Below are positions 40,585-50,412 of a DNA stretch of 64,000 nt, piece after piece. Each line of letters begins with the position of its first letter. The first letter of the stretch is position 1. Made by a program: the position numbers and the translations under genes. Source of the DNA: an uncultured Candidatus Woesearchaeota archaeon (GTDB taxonomy: Archaea > Nanobdellota > Nanobdellia > UBA10117). Location: NCBI GenBank assembly GCA_903864915.1, contig CAIPHS010000004.1:3705-67704 (forward strand), given 5' to 3'. The notes under the pieces were generated by a model. That model was not told where the DNA came from and searched no databases. It worked only from the letters and a program-made list of their open reading frames with translations.

Positions 40585-41693
40585 CCGCAAAAGAAGACAA
40601 GAAAAAGATAGATGATGAAATCTTAAAGAAATTCAAGGATTCTGCAGAGGAGATAATAGAAACCATTGAGAAAAAGCAGAATCCAAAGATAAAGATACCT
40701 CTGCGCGGCTTGACTAATGTTTACTTTGACGAAAAAGACAAGATGATTAAGCTGGGGGACAAGCAGCAAACTCGAACGTTTTTCAACATAGGGCAAGCGC
40801 GAAAGTTCATGCAGACTTTCCTCATAGCCTCCGCTCTGAAAGAATTAATAGAATCTGGCAAGACAACATCCATCAGAGATGTCTATTACCGGACAAAACA
40901 CACTATTGCCAACACTACAGAATCAACGTTTGAGGACCAGATAGAATCGGACCCGATAATCGAAGATATAGAAGTTGGCTTTGATGCTCTGAGAGAAGAG
41001 TTGCATCTTTTCGCATCAACAAGAGGAGCTGTGGTTGGCGAAATTACAATCGTTGATTCCGGCGACACAATTGATTTGAGAAAGATGGGTTCTGGCGGAT
41101 GGGCTGTCCCATCTATTGTTGAACCAGAAGTTGTACAATTCAAGGATTGCACCGCAGAATTTATTTTATTCATAGAGAAGGATGCAGTCTGGCGCCGTTT
41201 CAACGAGGATAAGTTCTGGAGAAAGCACAAATGTATAATCGCACACGGCCAGGGAGTTCCTCCCCGTGGTGTTCGCCGTTTGATAAGAAGGCTGAGCGAT
41301 GAATTGAACCTGCCTGTTTATGTTCTAGTGGATGCAGACCCATATGGATTGTATATTTATTCTGTAATCAAGCAGGGCTCCATCAACCTGGCCTACGAAT
41401 CTATGAGAATGGCAATTCCCAAAGCAAGATTCATCGGCTTAAGCGTGTTCGATTATGCGAAGTACAAATTGCCAAAGGATGTTACAATCAAGCTGGCAGA
41501 AATCGACAAGAAAAGAATCTCTGAAATCCTGAAATATCCTTGGTTCCAGAAAAAGGATTGGCAAGCAGAGCTGAAGGAGATGTTGAGGCTTGGCTTCAAG
41601 CTGGAGCTAGAAGCGCTGTCCGCAAAGAATGTCAGCTTCATAACAGAGAAGTACCTGCCAGACAAGCTAGCAAAGAAGGAATGGCTTGAGTAA
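40581..41693 (+). CDS. top6A: DNA topoisomerase VI subunit A
   Basis: RDVYY catalytic Tyr, IEKDA, DADPYG, LELEAL. Confidence 0.96.
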   Translation: MTAKEDKKKIDDEILKKFKDSAEEIIETIEKKQNPKIKIPLRGLTNVYFDEKDKMIKLGDKQQTRTFFNIGQARKFMQTFLIASALKELIESGKTTSIRDVYYRTKHTIANTTESTFEDQIESDPIIEDIEVGFDALREELHLFASTRGAVVGEITIVDSGDTIDLRKMGSGGWAVPSIVEPEVVQFKDCTAEFILFIEKDAVWRRFNEDKFWRKHKCIIAHGQGVPPRGVRRLIRRLSDELNLPVYVLVDADPYGLYIYSVIKQGSINLAYESMRMAIPKARFIGLSVFDYAKYKLPKDVTIKLAEIDKKRISEILKYPWFQKKDWQAELKEMLRLGFKLELEALSAKNVSFITEKYLPDKLAKKEWLE

Positions 41694-41747
41694 TCACAAA
41701 CTAAAATGCCACAACTCTTCTAAACATTTCTTTGAATTCTTCTTTTG

Positions 41748-42068
41748 TTATTGTTGGGTGGGCATATGGCCGTTGCGTGCTATCAAGTCGAGACTTGCAT
41801 ATGAAGTATCCAATTCCTTATTTTTGTAATTAGTGCGTTTTTCGGCATCTTCAATAGTTTCAGCTAAATATTCCATAAACGGAATGCCAACATACTCTGC
41901 CACCATTCTATCAAGTTCTAGCTCTTCTTTGTCATGTGGCGGCAGGGCATTGTGTAAAATTTTTGTTAAATAGTCTTTAAGTGGAATGCCTAAGATATTT
42001 GCAATTTCTTCTGCCTGTTTTAATTCATCTCCCGATAGATGAGGCTCGAAATTATCTGGAGCAGACAT
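41748..42068 (-). CDS. Hypothetical protein with internal duplication
   Basis: Two similar segments EIANILGIPLKDYL / MVAEYVGIPFMEYL. Confidence 0.55.
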   Translation of the reverse strand: MSAPDNFEPHLSGDELKQAEEIANILGIPLKDYLTKILHNALPPHDKEELELDRMVAEYVGIPFMEYLAETIEDAEKRTNYKNKELDTSYASLDLIARNGHMPTQQ

Positions 42069-42124
42069 AAGTTAGTATATCGTTTTATGTTAATAAGATT
42101 TTTGTCGCGTATAATTAGTATGAA

Positions 42125-42199
42125 TGCTCCCGCCGAGATTTGAACTCGGGTCCGCGGCTCGAAAGGCCACTATCCTTGACCGGGCTAGACTACGGGAGC
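42125..42199 (-). tRNA. tRNA-Glu(TTC)
   Basis: Acceptor GCTCCCG/CGGGAGC, stem GTGGC/GCCGC, loop CT-TTC-GA, TTCAAAT. Confidence 0.93.
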
Positions 42200-42242
42200 G
42201 CAATTAAAGTCCTAAACTTTGATTTAAAAAGGTTAGTAATAA

Positions 42243-42350
42243 TGGGCCGGAGCGGATTTGAACCGCTGGCCTGCCGCTGGCTTCGCACTCTTGCCCCTTG
42301 AGGCAAGTGTCATATAAGACGGCCGCTCCACCAGGCTAAGCTACCGGCCC
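42243..42350 (-). tRNA. tRNA-Ile(TAT) with 34-nt intron at 37/38 (42279-42312)
   Basis: Acceptor GGGCCGG/CCGGCCC, A73, stem GCCGT/GCGGC, loop CT-TAT-A|A; the intron folds into a hairpin. Confidence 0.88.
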
Positions 42351-42401
42351 ATGCTATAGCCTTTACAAAATAGTTTTTAAGTCTTCTTTTTACTTAAAAG
42401 C

Positions 42402-43466
42402 ATGCTAGAAAAGGCTGCAGACTTCATTAAGCACTCTGATCCCAAAGAAACCACTGTTGTCTATCATGGGGGCTGCGGGGATGGCATTGCTGCAGCTTCG
42501 ATTATGTTGAAGACGTTCCAGAAGCTTTTTGGCGAAATGCCAAAGGTGAAATTTGCCTCTCCAGGCGTTGTGGCTAAATTAAACCTACATTCAAAGACGA
42601 TAATTTTTGTTGATTTGGCTGTTGACCAGGAAAAAGACTTTTTGCTGAATCTGGCCAAGAATTCAAGAATCCTTATCTTAGATCATCATCAGATGCAAAA
42701 TAACATGAATGATTTAGGAATTTTGCATATTAATCCAGATATGTTTTCCAAGATACCAGGTGTAAGGTACCCGGGTGCCAAATTAACATATGATACTTGC
42801 TCCTTGATTGCAGACACGTCTGATATGGATTGGATAGCTGCAATTGGCCTAGTGCATGATGTAGGTGCTGAGTATTGGAAGCCTTTCTTAGACAGCGTGT
42901 TTGCTAAGTACAAGGAACTTGGAAAAGTTACCTATGAATATAAAGGCAAGATTGGCAAGTTAGTTTCAATCATAACAGCTGGCCAGGAGCTGAAGCACGG
43001 GAATGAAATTGCTTTGAAAGTTCTGCTTGAAGCCGAGAGGCCGTCTGATATTCTGGATGAAAAAGTCCCTGAAGTTTCAGAATTGGTAGATCTTGACAAG
43101 GCGAGAGAAGAGGAAATTACTTATTATGTTGATAGTTGGGAAAAACTCGCCGATATTGACAGGAAGCTCAAGCTGGCAATATATGATGTTGAATTGAAGC
43201 ATAAGATTTCTTCAGCATTGTCAACAGTTCTGAGCAAGGCACACCCCGAATACTTGTTTGTAATCATGAACCAGGAAAGCCCAGCAGTATTGAAATTGAA
43301 TTTCAGGCAGACGTTGTCAAAAGTTGACTGTGCTTGGCTGGCCAAAGAGTCCACAAAGCCATTTGGAGGCTCAGGCGGCGGGCACAAGCCCGCTGCAGGC
43401 GGAAGAATTCATCCGAAGTATAAGGAAAAGTTCAAAGAAAAGCTCAAAGAGCTGCTCAAAAAATGA
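42402..43466 (+). CDS. DHH/DHHA1 family phosphoesterase (RecJ-like)
   Basis: CGDG, FVDL, ILDHH, GLVHD, GGGHKPAAG. Confidence 0.88.
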   Translation: MLEKAADFIKHSDPKETTVVYHGGCGDGIAAASIMLKTFQKLFGEMPKVKFASPGVVAKLNLHSKTIIFVDLAVDQEKDFLLNLAKNSRILILDHHQMQNNMNDLGILHINPDMFSKIPGVRYPGAKLTYDTCSLIADTSDMDWIAAIGLVHDVGAEYWKPFLDSVFAKYKELGKVTYEYKGKIGKLVSIITAGQELKHGNEIALKVLLEAERPSDILDEKVPEVSELVDLDKAREEEITYYVDSWEKLADIDRKLKLAIYDVELKHKISSALSTVLSKAHPEYLFVIMNQESPAVLKLNFRQTLSKVDCAWLAKESTKPFGGSGGGHKPAAGGRIHPKYKEKFKEKLKELLKK

Positions 43467-44194
43467 AAATACCCAATATACCGAAAATTGCAAAAAAGGC
43501 TGAGGGTAGGAAAGTAGAAAATTACAAATTCCAACATAATGCAACAATACCATCTGATAAAGACCTGCTTGGAAAACTCGGCATAAAGAGAGGTGATAAA
43601 GTTCTTTCAATTGCAACTTACTATGGCGATTGGGCAAAAGCTATTGCCAAAGCTGGTGCAATTGTTGATTACAGCGATGTTTCCAAATCAATGGTTAGCT
43701 GGGCTAAAAGAAACCTGAAAGGGTTCGGAAAATATATTTGTTCCGATTATATTTATCTGCCAAAAAAAGAACAGGAATATGACTGGACATTTACTTTTGA
43801 GGCTCTTGGTGTTTGGCAAGGCTTGCCTTTGGCATATTTACGCTCTTTACTAAATAAAAAGGGAGGCATACTTGTTAGTTTCCCAAGATTAGATGAGCAC
43901 GGAAAACCCGTAGGCGGAAAAGAAAAAGTGTACCCACAACTAATCAAAATTCTCGGAAAAATATACGGTGCCAAATACAAAATAAAGCATCTTTATTTCT
44001 TTGCATCACGGCATGGGGATTTGGTGTCTGCGAAACATGTTATCTATGCAATTTTAACAAACTCAAAAGCCAGGAAACTGGCTAGAAAAGATATTGAAGC
44101 ACTATTCTTGGGAAAAATTCAGGCTGATTCCAGAAAAAGGCTGAATAAAATTGCTACACTATTAATAAGGCCTGAATTTGTGAAGGAAATATGA
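43463..44194 (+). CDS. Class I SAM-dependent methyltransferase-like protein
   Basis: GDKVLSIATYYG (degenerate motif I), DVSKSMV, YDWTF. Confidence 0.55.
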   Translation: MKIPNIPKIAKKAEGRKVENYKFQHNATIPSDKDLLGKLGIKRGDKVLSIATYYGDWAKAIAKAGAIVDYSDVSKSMVSWAKRNLKGFGKYICSDYIYLPKKEQEYDWTFTFEALGVWQGLPLAYLRSLLNKKGGILVSFPRLDEHGKPVGGKEKVYPQLIKILGKIYGAKYKIKHLYFFASRHGDLVSAKHVIYAILTNSKARKLARKDIEALFLGKIQADSRKRLNKIATLLIRPEFVKEI

Positions 44195-44778
44195 AATATC
44201 GAATCTTGCCACAGGAATTCTATGCGAGAGCGCCTGATGTAGTAGCCAAAGATTTGCTAGGAAGGATATTTTGCAGAAAAATAGGCGATAGAATATTGGC
44301 AGCTAAAATTGTTGAGACTGAGGCTTATGTTGGGAAAGATGATCCTGCAGCAGTCGGCTATAGGAAAGTGAAGAATGTGCCTTTTCCATTGACGAACCCG
44401 CCCGGTTTTGTGTTCGTTTATATGGTTCACAATAATTGGATGTTCAACATAATAGCGAAGACTGATGATTTAGGTGCAGTCTTAATACGGGCTGCAGAGC
44501 CCTGGCGCGAAATTGATGAGATGTTCCGCAACAGAAAGAAAAATAACAAAAAAATAAGTAAGGTGGAAGAGCTGTGCAGCGGCCCCGGCAGATTTTCACA
44601 ATGCTTCCTGATTGACAAAAAACTTCAGGGTGCAGACATTACAAAACTTGGGGATGTTTTCGTTCTTGATAATGTGGAGACTTTCAAGATAGAGAGTTCT
44701 GGTAGGATAGGAGTTACGAGAGGAATACGGAAGAAACTAAGGTTTTATATTAAGGGAAACCGGTTTGTGTCAAAGTAA
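44191..44778 (+). CDS. mpg: 3-methyladenine DNA glycosylase (AAG/MPG family)
   Basis: IVETEAY, YVYMVH-like FVYMVH, AVLIRA, LCSGPG, RIGV, LRF. Confidence 0.9.
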   Translation: MKYRILPQEFYARAPDVVAKDLLGRIFCRKIGDRILAAKIVETEAYVGKDDPAAVGYRKVKNVPFPLTNPPGFVFVYMVHNNWMFNIIAKTDDLGAVLIRAAEPWREIDEMFRNRKKNNKKISKVEELCSGPGRFSQCFLIDKKLQGADITKLGDVFVLDNVETFKIESSGRIGVTRGIRKKLRFYIKGNRFVSK

Positions 44779-45938
44779 TGGCCAAGAAGGTATTGGGCAT
44801 AAACAAAAACGTAATTATTTTAGGCTTAGTCAGCTTATTTACCGATGTAAGTTCTGAAATGATATTCTCGGTTTTCTCAATATTTTTTACAATAATACTG
44901 GGTGCATCAGTTATTTTGTTGGGTATTGTAGAAGGACTGGCGGACTTCGCTTCATCATCGCTTGATTATGTGGCAGGATTCATCTCCGACAGAACTGGCA
45001 AAAGAAAAAAGTATGCAATTGCAGGGTATAGTGCTTCCACATTAGCGAAAAGCATACTCCTGCTGCCAAGCTCTGTTTTGCTTGCATCTATGTTTAGGGT
45101 CGTTGAAAGGCTTGGCAAGTCATTCAGGGGTCCGCCGCGAGATGCGTGGATATCATCCATGTCCAACAAGTCAAATCGGGGACTTTCTTTCGGAGTGCAC
45201 AAAGCACTTGACAAGGCAGGAGCTGTGATTGGTCCTATTATTGCATATTTGATGCTACTTTATCTTGGCCAAACTGCAGGCACGTTTAAATTGTTGTTTG
45301 TTATCGCAATAATTTTTGCAGTAATATCTGTAATTTTCCTTTCAACGATAAAAGAGAAAGCAGCCAAGCCGGTCAAAAAAGAAAATATTTTCAAGTCCTA
45401 CAAAACGCTTGGTAAAGGCTTCAAGCATTATCTTTATTCGGCAGGAATATTTTCGCTTGCATATTTCAGCTTCGGTTTTCTGCTTCTGAAAGCTTATTTG
45501 GTTGGATTCCAAATCAAGGATATTGTTCTGCTTTACGCACTCTTTAACGTCGCATTTGTCATCGCTTCTGCTCCAATAGGCAAGCTCGGGGACTTGATAG
45601 GTAGAAAGACAATAATTATTTTGGAATATGTTATTTACTTGTCAATGTGTTTTGGATTTATATTGGCTACATCGAAATATGAAATAATTTTACTTTTCAT
45701 TCTCTTCGGAATATTTTTCGCAATAGATGAGGGTCAGAGCAAGGCGTACATCTCAGACCTTGAAAAAAAGAAACGAGGGACTGCAATAGGAGTATACAAC
45801 TTTGCGACGGGCCTTATTTATTTGCCAGCTTCAGTCATTGCAGGACTTCTTTGGCTCGCAAATCCAAATTATGCGTTTATTTTCGCAGGAATGGTATCGA
45901 TTATGGCACTTGTATTCTTCTCACTAAGAAAAACCTAA
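44778..45938 (+). CDS. MFS transporter
   Basis: About 12 TM segments, ISDRTGKRK and LGDLIGRK motif A, DVSSEM...RGPPRDA. Confidence 0.9.
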   Translation: MAKKVLGINKNVIILGLVSLFTDVSSEMIFSVFSIFFTIILGASVILLGIVEGLADFASSSLDYVAGFISDRTGKRKKYAIAGYSASTLAKSILLLPSSVLLASMFRVVERLGKSFRGPPRDAWISSMSNKSNRGLSFGVHKALDKAGAVIGPIIAYLMLLYLGQTAGTFKLLFVIAIIFAVISVIFLSTIKEKAAKPVKKENIFKSYKTLGKGFKHYLYSAGIFSLAYFSFGFLLLKAYLVGFQIKDIVLLYALFNVAFVIASAPIGKLGDLIGRKTIIILEYVIYLSMCFGFILATSKYEIILLFILFGIFFAIDEGQSKAYISDLEKKKRGTAIGVYNFATGLIYLPASVIAGLLWLANPNYAFIFAGMVSIMALVFFSLRKT

Positions 45939-45968
45939 ATTTATATTGGCACAAAATACTTCCTAGTT

Positions 45969-46817
45969 ATGGGCGTCGATTTAGCTCCTCTTGTTGTAAA
46001 GAAGGAAATTTCATTGTCTGACTTGAAAGGGAAAAAGCTAGCTATTGACACACATCTTGTCTTGCATCAGTTTTTGACAACCATGCCTTTCCTTTCTGAT
46101 TCGAAAGGAAGATTGACAACACATCTGCAAGGCTTGTTTTACAGAGTTACGCATTTGCTGGCTGAAGGCATTAAGCCTGCGTTCGTATTTGATGGTTTGG
46201 GAGAAGGTGTACCAAGAACCTCTATGAAGATAACGCCGCAAATAATCGAAGAATCTAAATTATTACTAGAGTATCTGGGCTGTCCTGTCGTGCAGGCACC
46301 TTCGGAAGGAGAGGCGCAATGCGCGTTCATGGCGAAGCAAGGAAAAGTTTGGGCTGCAGCATCGCAAGATTATGATTCGTTGATGTTTGGAGCACCGAAA
46401 CTGGTTAGAAATTTGACAATTTCCAAATATAGGAAGCTTCCAAAAGGCGGGAAAGCGAAAGTCAAACCAGAATTGTTGCTGTTAAAAGATTTTTTTCACA
46501 AATACAACATAAACCAGAAGCAATTGATTGCACTCTGTATGCTGATTGGCACAGATTTCAATCCAAAAGTGCCAAAAATAGGACCCATGAGTGCTGTAAA
46601 ACTAGTCAAAGGAAAGAGTTTGGAAAATATTTTCAAGAATTTCAAACTAGAATATGATTGGAAGGAAGTTTTTAATTTCCTGGCAAACATACCCGTTACA
46701 AAGCATTACAAATTGAAATGGGAAAAGCCAAATGCGAATAAACTAAGGAAATTTCTTTGTGAGGAAAGGGATTTTAAAGTTGAAAGAGTAATGGCTGCAT
46801 TAGAAAAAATAAAATGA
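45969..46817 (+). CDS. fen: Flap endonuclease-1-like nuclease, shortened
   Basis: MGV start, AID, FVFDG, EGEAQ, SQDYDS, GTDFN; helical arch and C-terminal PIP box absent. Confidence 0.85.
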   Translation: MGVDLAPLVVKKEISLSDLKGKKLAIDTHLVLHQFLTTMPFLSDSKGRLTTHLQGLFYRVTHLLAEGIKPAFVFDGLGEGVPRTSMKITPQIIEESKLLLEYLGCPVVQAPSEGEAQCAFMAKQGKVWAAASQDYDSLMFGAPKLVRNLTISKYRKLPKGGKAKVKPELLLLKDFFHKYNINQKQLIALCMLIGTDFNPKVPKIGPMSAVKLVKGKSLENIFKNFKLEYDWKEVFNFLANIPVTKHYKLKWEKPNANKLRKFLCEERDFKVERVMAALEKIK

Positions 46818-47881
46818 CTGATGTTAAAAAAGAGGTAACAGCGCTGGCGAAACAGCTGATAGAATTTAAGTCTACAAAGGAAAATCCAACAGAATTGAAG
46901 AAATGTCTGAATTTCTGCGCAGATTATTTGAAAAGATATGGCAAGGTGAAGAAATTTGAGTTCAAAGGCAAGCCATCACTGGTCGCAACTTACGGAAAAA
47001 CAAGTCCCGACATTTTCCTAGTAGGACATTTGGATGTTGTAGAAGCTCCGGACAAGCAGTTCGAGCCGAAAGTCAAAGGGAAAAAGTTGTTTGGCCGTGG
47101 CGCGATTGACATGAAAGGTGGAGATGCAATAATGATGGTTCTGTTTAAAGAATTGGCAAAGCTAAAACCTTCTCTTGGCATAATGCTGACAACTGATGAA
47201 GAAATTGGCGGCTTTAATGGTGTTGGCGAGCTTGTAAAGAAATATGAAAGCAAGTTTGCAATAGCAGTTGAGCCCAGCCTAACAAAGGATTTAGATATTG
47301 TTGTGAAGCACAAAGGGACACTTTGGTTGAAGCTAAAAGCGAAGGGAAAGGCAGCGCATGGCTCGATGCCCTGGCTTGGCATAAATGCAATTGACAAGTT
47401 GATTATTGCTTATGAACAGATTAGAGATAAGTTCCATGAACTTGTGCCTAATACCTGGGCCCCAACTATTAATTTGGGTCAGATATCTGGCGGAGAAGCT
47501 CCGAACAAAGTTCCTGATTATGCAGAAGCGATTGTTGACATAAGATGGAATGAGAAATTTGACAAAGAAAGATTCCTGAACGAGATAAAAAATGTTGATG
47601 TAGTGATAGAAGTTGTTGAATACAGCCCGATGTTAAGCAATGATGATGATAATCAGTACATAAAATTGTTGCAAACATGTGTCGAAAAGCAGATGAGAAA
47701 AAAGTGCGAGCTAATCAAGGAATATGGGGCTACAGATATGCGGTTTTATTCTGAAAAAGGCATCCCAGCAGTATCGTTTGGGCCTTATGGGGAGCACTAT
47801 CATGCACTTGGCGAGTATTTAGATTTAAATAGCATTAAAAATACGTATAACTCACTGAAGGAGTTCGTGCTATCATGCTAG
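46814..47881 (+). CDS. M20 family (ArgE/DapE-like) metallopeptidase
   Basis: GHLDVV, GRGAIDMKG, DEE, GKAAHGS, FGP...HA..E. Confidence 0.88.
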   Translation: MTDVKKEVTALAKQLIEFKSTKENPTELKKCLNFCADYLKRYGKVKKFEFKGKPSLVATYGKTSPDIFLVGHLDVVEAPDKQFEPKVKGKKLFGRGAIDMKGGDAIMMVLFKELAKLKPSLGIMLTTDEEIGGFNGVGELVKKYESKFAIAVEPSLTKDLDIVVKHKGTLWLKLKAKGKAAHGSMPWLGINAIDKLIIAYEQIRDKFHELVPNTWAPTINLGQISGGEAPNKVPDYAEAIVDIRWNEKFDKERFLNEIKNVDVVIEVVEYSPMLSNDDDNQYIKLLQTCVEKQMRKKCELIKEYGATDMRFYSEKGIPAVSFGPYGEHYHALGEYLDLNSIKNTYNSLKEFVLSC

Positions 47882-49578
47882 ACAAGGCAAAAAAGGAGAT
47901 TGAGGATGCTGTTGCAAAAGCTGCAAAGCTGACTGACCACGATGTTGCGCAGCTTTTGGAAGTTCCAAGGGTTGAAGGGCAAGGGGATTTTGCTTTGCCT
48001 TGTTTTAAGCTTGCAGCAAAACTGAAAAAAGACCCAAAACTGATTGCAAAGGATATTTTTGCCCATCTGCCGAAATTCAAGCTCATAAAAAAGGCAGAAA
48101 TTGTGGGGCCTTACCTGAATTTCTTTGTCGATACTGAAAATCTTACAAAAACAGTCTTGGAAGAAGCGGTCAAAAAGGATTACGGATTTTCAAAAGCCAA
48201 GAAAGGCAAAGTTATTGTCGAATTTCTTTCGCCAAATACAAACAAACCATTGTCGTTGGGGCATTTGAGAAATGCTGCTCTTGGAGACTCTGTCAGCAGG
48301 ATCTTGGAAGCAAATGGCTTCAAAGTTATTCGTGCCTGCCTGTTTAACGACAGGGGTGTGCACATCAACAAGTCTATTTTGGCTTATCAGAGATGGGGCA
48401 AGAACAGAACGCCAAAATCTGAAGGTGTGAAAGGAGACCATTTCGTCGGCGATTATTATGTTATGTTTAGCAAGAAAGCCGAAGAAGACCCGAAACTGAA
48501 CGATGAAGTCCAGGAGATGCTGCAGAAATGGGAAGCTGGCGACAGGGCAACGTTATCGATATGGGGTACGCTGAACGGCTGGGTGCTTGACGGCTTCAAG
48601 CAGACGTTGAAGGATTTCGGGATAGAATTTGACAAGGAATATTTCGAATCTGCACATTACAAGAAAGCAAAGCAGCTTTTGATGGATTATTTCAAGAAAG
48701 GCCTATTCAAACGAGACGATAAGGGCAACATAGTCGCTGCTTTGGATAGTCACGGACTTCCTGACAAGGTTGTTTTGAGAGCGGATGGCACATCAGTTTA
48801 CATGACTCAAGATATTACTCTTGCAAAGATGAAGTATGATGAGTTCAAGCCGGAAATCTCAATTTATGTTGTTGGCGACGAGCAAAATCTGCACTTCCAG
48901 CAGCTTTTTGCAATCCTTAAGATGCTTGGAATAAAAGCCGGACAATACCATCATCTTAGTTATGGAATGGTCAACCTGCCAGAAGGCAGGATGAAATCCA
49001 GGGAAGGGACTGTTGTAGATGCAGATGATTTGATAGAAGAACTTGCAGATACAGTTAAAGTTGAGATAGAAACAAGGCACAATCATGAGTTTAATGAAAA
49101 GAAAACTGAGGAATTGGCGCATAAGATAGGAGTTGGCGCCCTGAAATATTATTTGCTGAAATTTGAGCCGAAGACGACCATGGTTTTTGATCCGAAGAGA
49201 TCAGTTTCTCTGGAAGGGGATACTGGCCCTTATGTGCAGTATGCCTTTGTAAGAGCCAGCAAGATCCTGGAAAAGGAAACTGCCAAGGGAAAAATCAAGG
49301 CAGAGATGCTGAACCTGCCAGAAGAGATTGCTTTGATTAAGCAGCTGGCCAGATTTCCGGAAGTTATTGCAAAGGCCGGTAAGGATTACCAGCCCCACCT
49401 GATTGCGATTTATGCAAGGGAACTGGCAGATTTGTTCAATGGCTTTTATGAAAAAGCTCCAGTCTTGAAAGCGAACAAGGAAGTCAAGAATGCAAGGCTT
49501 TATTTGGTGGATGCTGTCAGGCACACATTGCAGAAATCCCTGAACTTGCTGGGAATAGATGAAGTCGAAGTGATGTGA
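47875..49578 (+). CDS. argS: Arginyl-tRNA synthetase
   Basis: GDFA, GPYLNF, SPNTNKPL(S)LGH, MKSREG, GDTGPYVQYA. Confidence 0.95.
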   Translation: MLDKAKKEIEDAVAKAAKLTDHDVAQLLEVPRVEGQGDFALPCFKLAAKLKKDPKLIAKDIFAHLPKFKLIKKAEIVGPYLNFFVDTENLTKTVLEEAVKKDYGFSKAKKGKVIVEFLSPNTNKPLSLGHLRNAALGDSVSRILEANGFKVIRACLFNDRGVHINKSILAYQRWGKNRTPKSEGVKGDHFVGDYYVMFSKKAEEDPKLNDEVQEMLQKWEAGDRATLSIWGTLNGWVLDGFKQTLKDFGIEFDKEYFESAHYKKAKQLLMDYFKKGLFKRDDKGNIVAALDSHGLPDKVVLRADGTSVYMTQDITLAKMKYDEFKPEISIYVVGDEQNLHFQQLFAILKMLGIKAGQYHHLSYGMVNLPEGRMKSREGTVVDADDLIEELADTVKVEIETRHNHEFNEKKTEELAHKIGVGALKYYLLKFEPKTTMVFDPKRSVSLEGDTGPYVQYAFVRASKILEKETAKGKIKAEMLNLPEEIALIKQLARFPEVIAKAGKDYQPHLIAIYARELADLFNGFYEKAPVLKANKEVKNARLYLVDAVRHTLQKSLNLLGIDEVEVM

Positions 49579-49613
49579 TAAGGCTTTTAAACTAATATTC
49601 TAGCTCTAAAAAC

Positions 49614-49751
49614 ATGAAGCGCTCTTCACGAAAGTGGAAGAAGAAAAACAAGAGCGGTTACCGAGGCCGATGGAAGTGGTACCGCAAGAAGCTCAAAGAG
49701 CGAAAGCGCCTTAGAAAGATGAAGCGCCTAGGAATGATAGGGCAGTCCTAA
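49614..49751 (+). CDS. rpl41e: Ribosomal protein L41e, long archaeal form (not in ORF track)
   Basis: MKRSSRKWKKK...RWKWYRKKLKERKRLRKMKR, highly basic with the RWKW motif; TTTTAAA box about 25 nt upstream. Confidence 0.8.
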   Translation: MKRSSRKWKKKNKSGYRGRWKWYRKKLKERKRLRKMKRLGMIGQS

Positions 49752-49790
49752 ACGAAAGCCTTTTTAATCGTTTACTGGAGTGTACAGGTC

Positions 49791-50288
49791 ATGGATATAC
49801 CGAAATTGGCAGCCAGGAAGCTGATAACTGCACCAAAGCAGATTACCAAGGGATATATTTTAGGTTCTTGGGCGGATCTTGGCAAAGCAGAGCTATGGAT
49901 GGCCAAGACTGCAGGAGAATGGGGCAGCGTAGTTTCAAAAAGCGGTCCGCTATCTATTGGTTTTACATTTAATTATGGTACGCCTACACTTGATTTATTC
50001 GTGCTGAAAACGCCATACGAATTGTCTGAAGGCGTAGCTTGGTCTGAAGTTGCACCATTTAGAATCAGGCAGGGATCGTTACTTTCAGAGCTAGATAATT
50101 TTGAAGATTTTTGCGAGACAGAACAGCGAATTTTGGAAGCTGAAAGGGTTTACAGGGAGCTTTGCTTGAAAACTCCTGGCCAGGGAGACAAAGTCTACAA
50201 TACCACATATCCTCTTTTGGATGACAAATTGATAGATCCTCGCTGTCAATGTGTTTTGGATACCGAGTATAAGCCTTTCAACAAGTGA
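49791..50288 (+). CDS. Hypothetical protein
   Basis: Non-shadow ORF with own TTTTAAT box; no motif recognised. Confidence 0.55.
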   Translation: MDIPKLAARKLITAPKQITKGYILGSWADLGKAELWMAKTAGEWGSVVSKSGPLSIGFTFNYGTPTLDLFVLKTPYELSEGVAWSEVAPFRIRQGSLLSELDNFEDFCETEQRILEAERVYRELCLKTPGQGDKVYNTTYPLLDDKLIDPRCQCVLDTEYKPFNK

Positions 50289-50328
50289 GCCTAAACATTT
50301 TAAAACGGATTCTTTATTATGTTGCTAC

Positions 50329-50412
50329 GCGGAGATACCCAAGCGGTCAAAGGGGATGGTCTCAAGAACCATTGGCTCAGTGCCTTCGGAGGTTCGAATC
50401 CTCTTCTCCGCA
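50329..50412 (+). tRNA. tRNA-Leu(CAA)
   Basis: Acceptor GCGGAGA/TCTCCGC, stem ATGGT/ACCAT, loop CT-CAA-GA, long variable arm. Confidence 0.93.
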
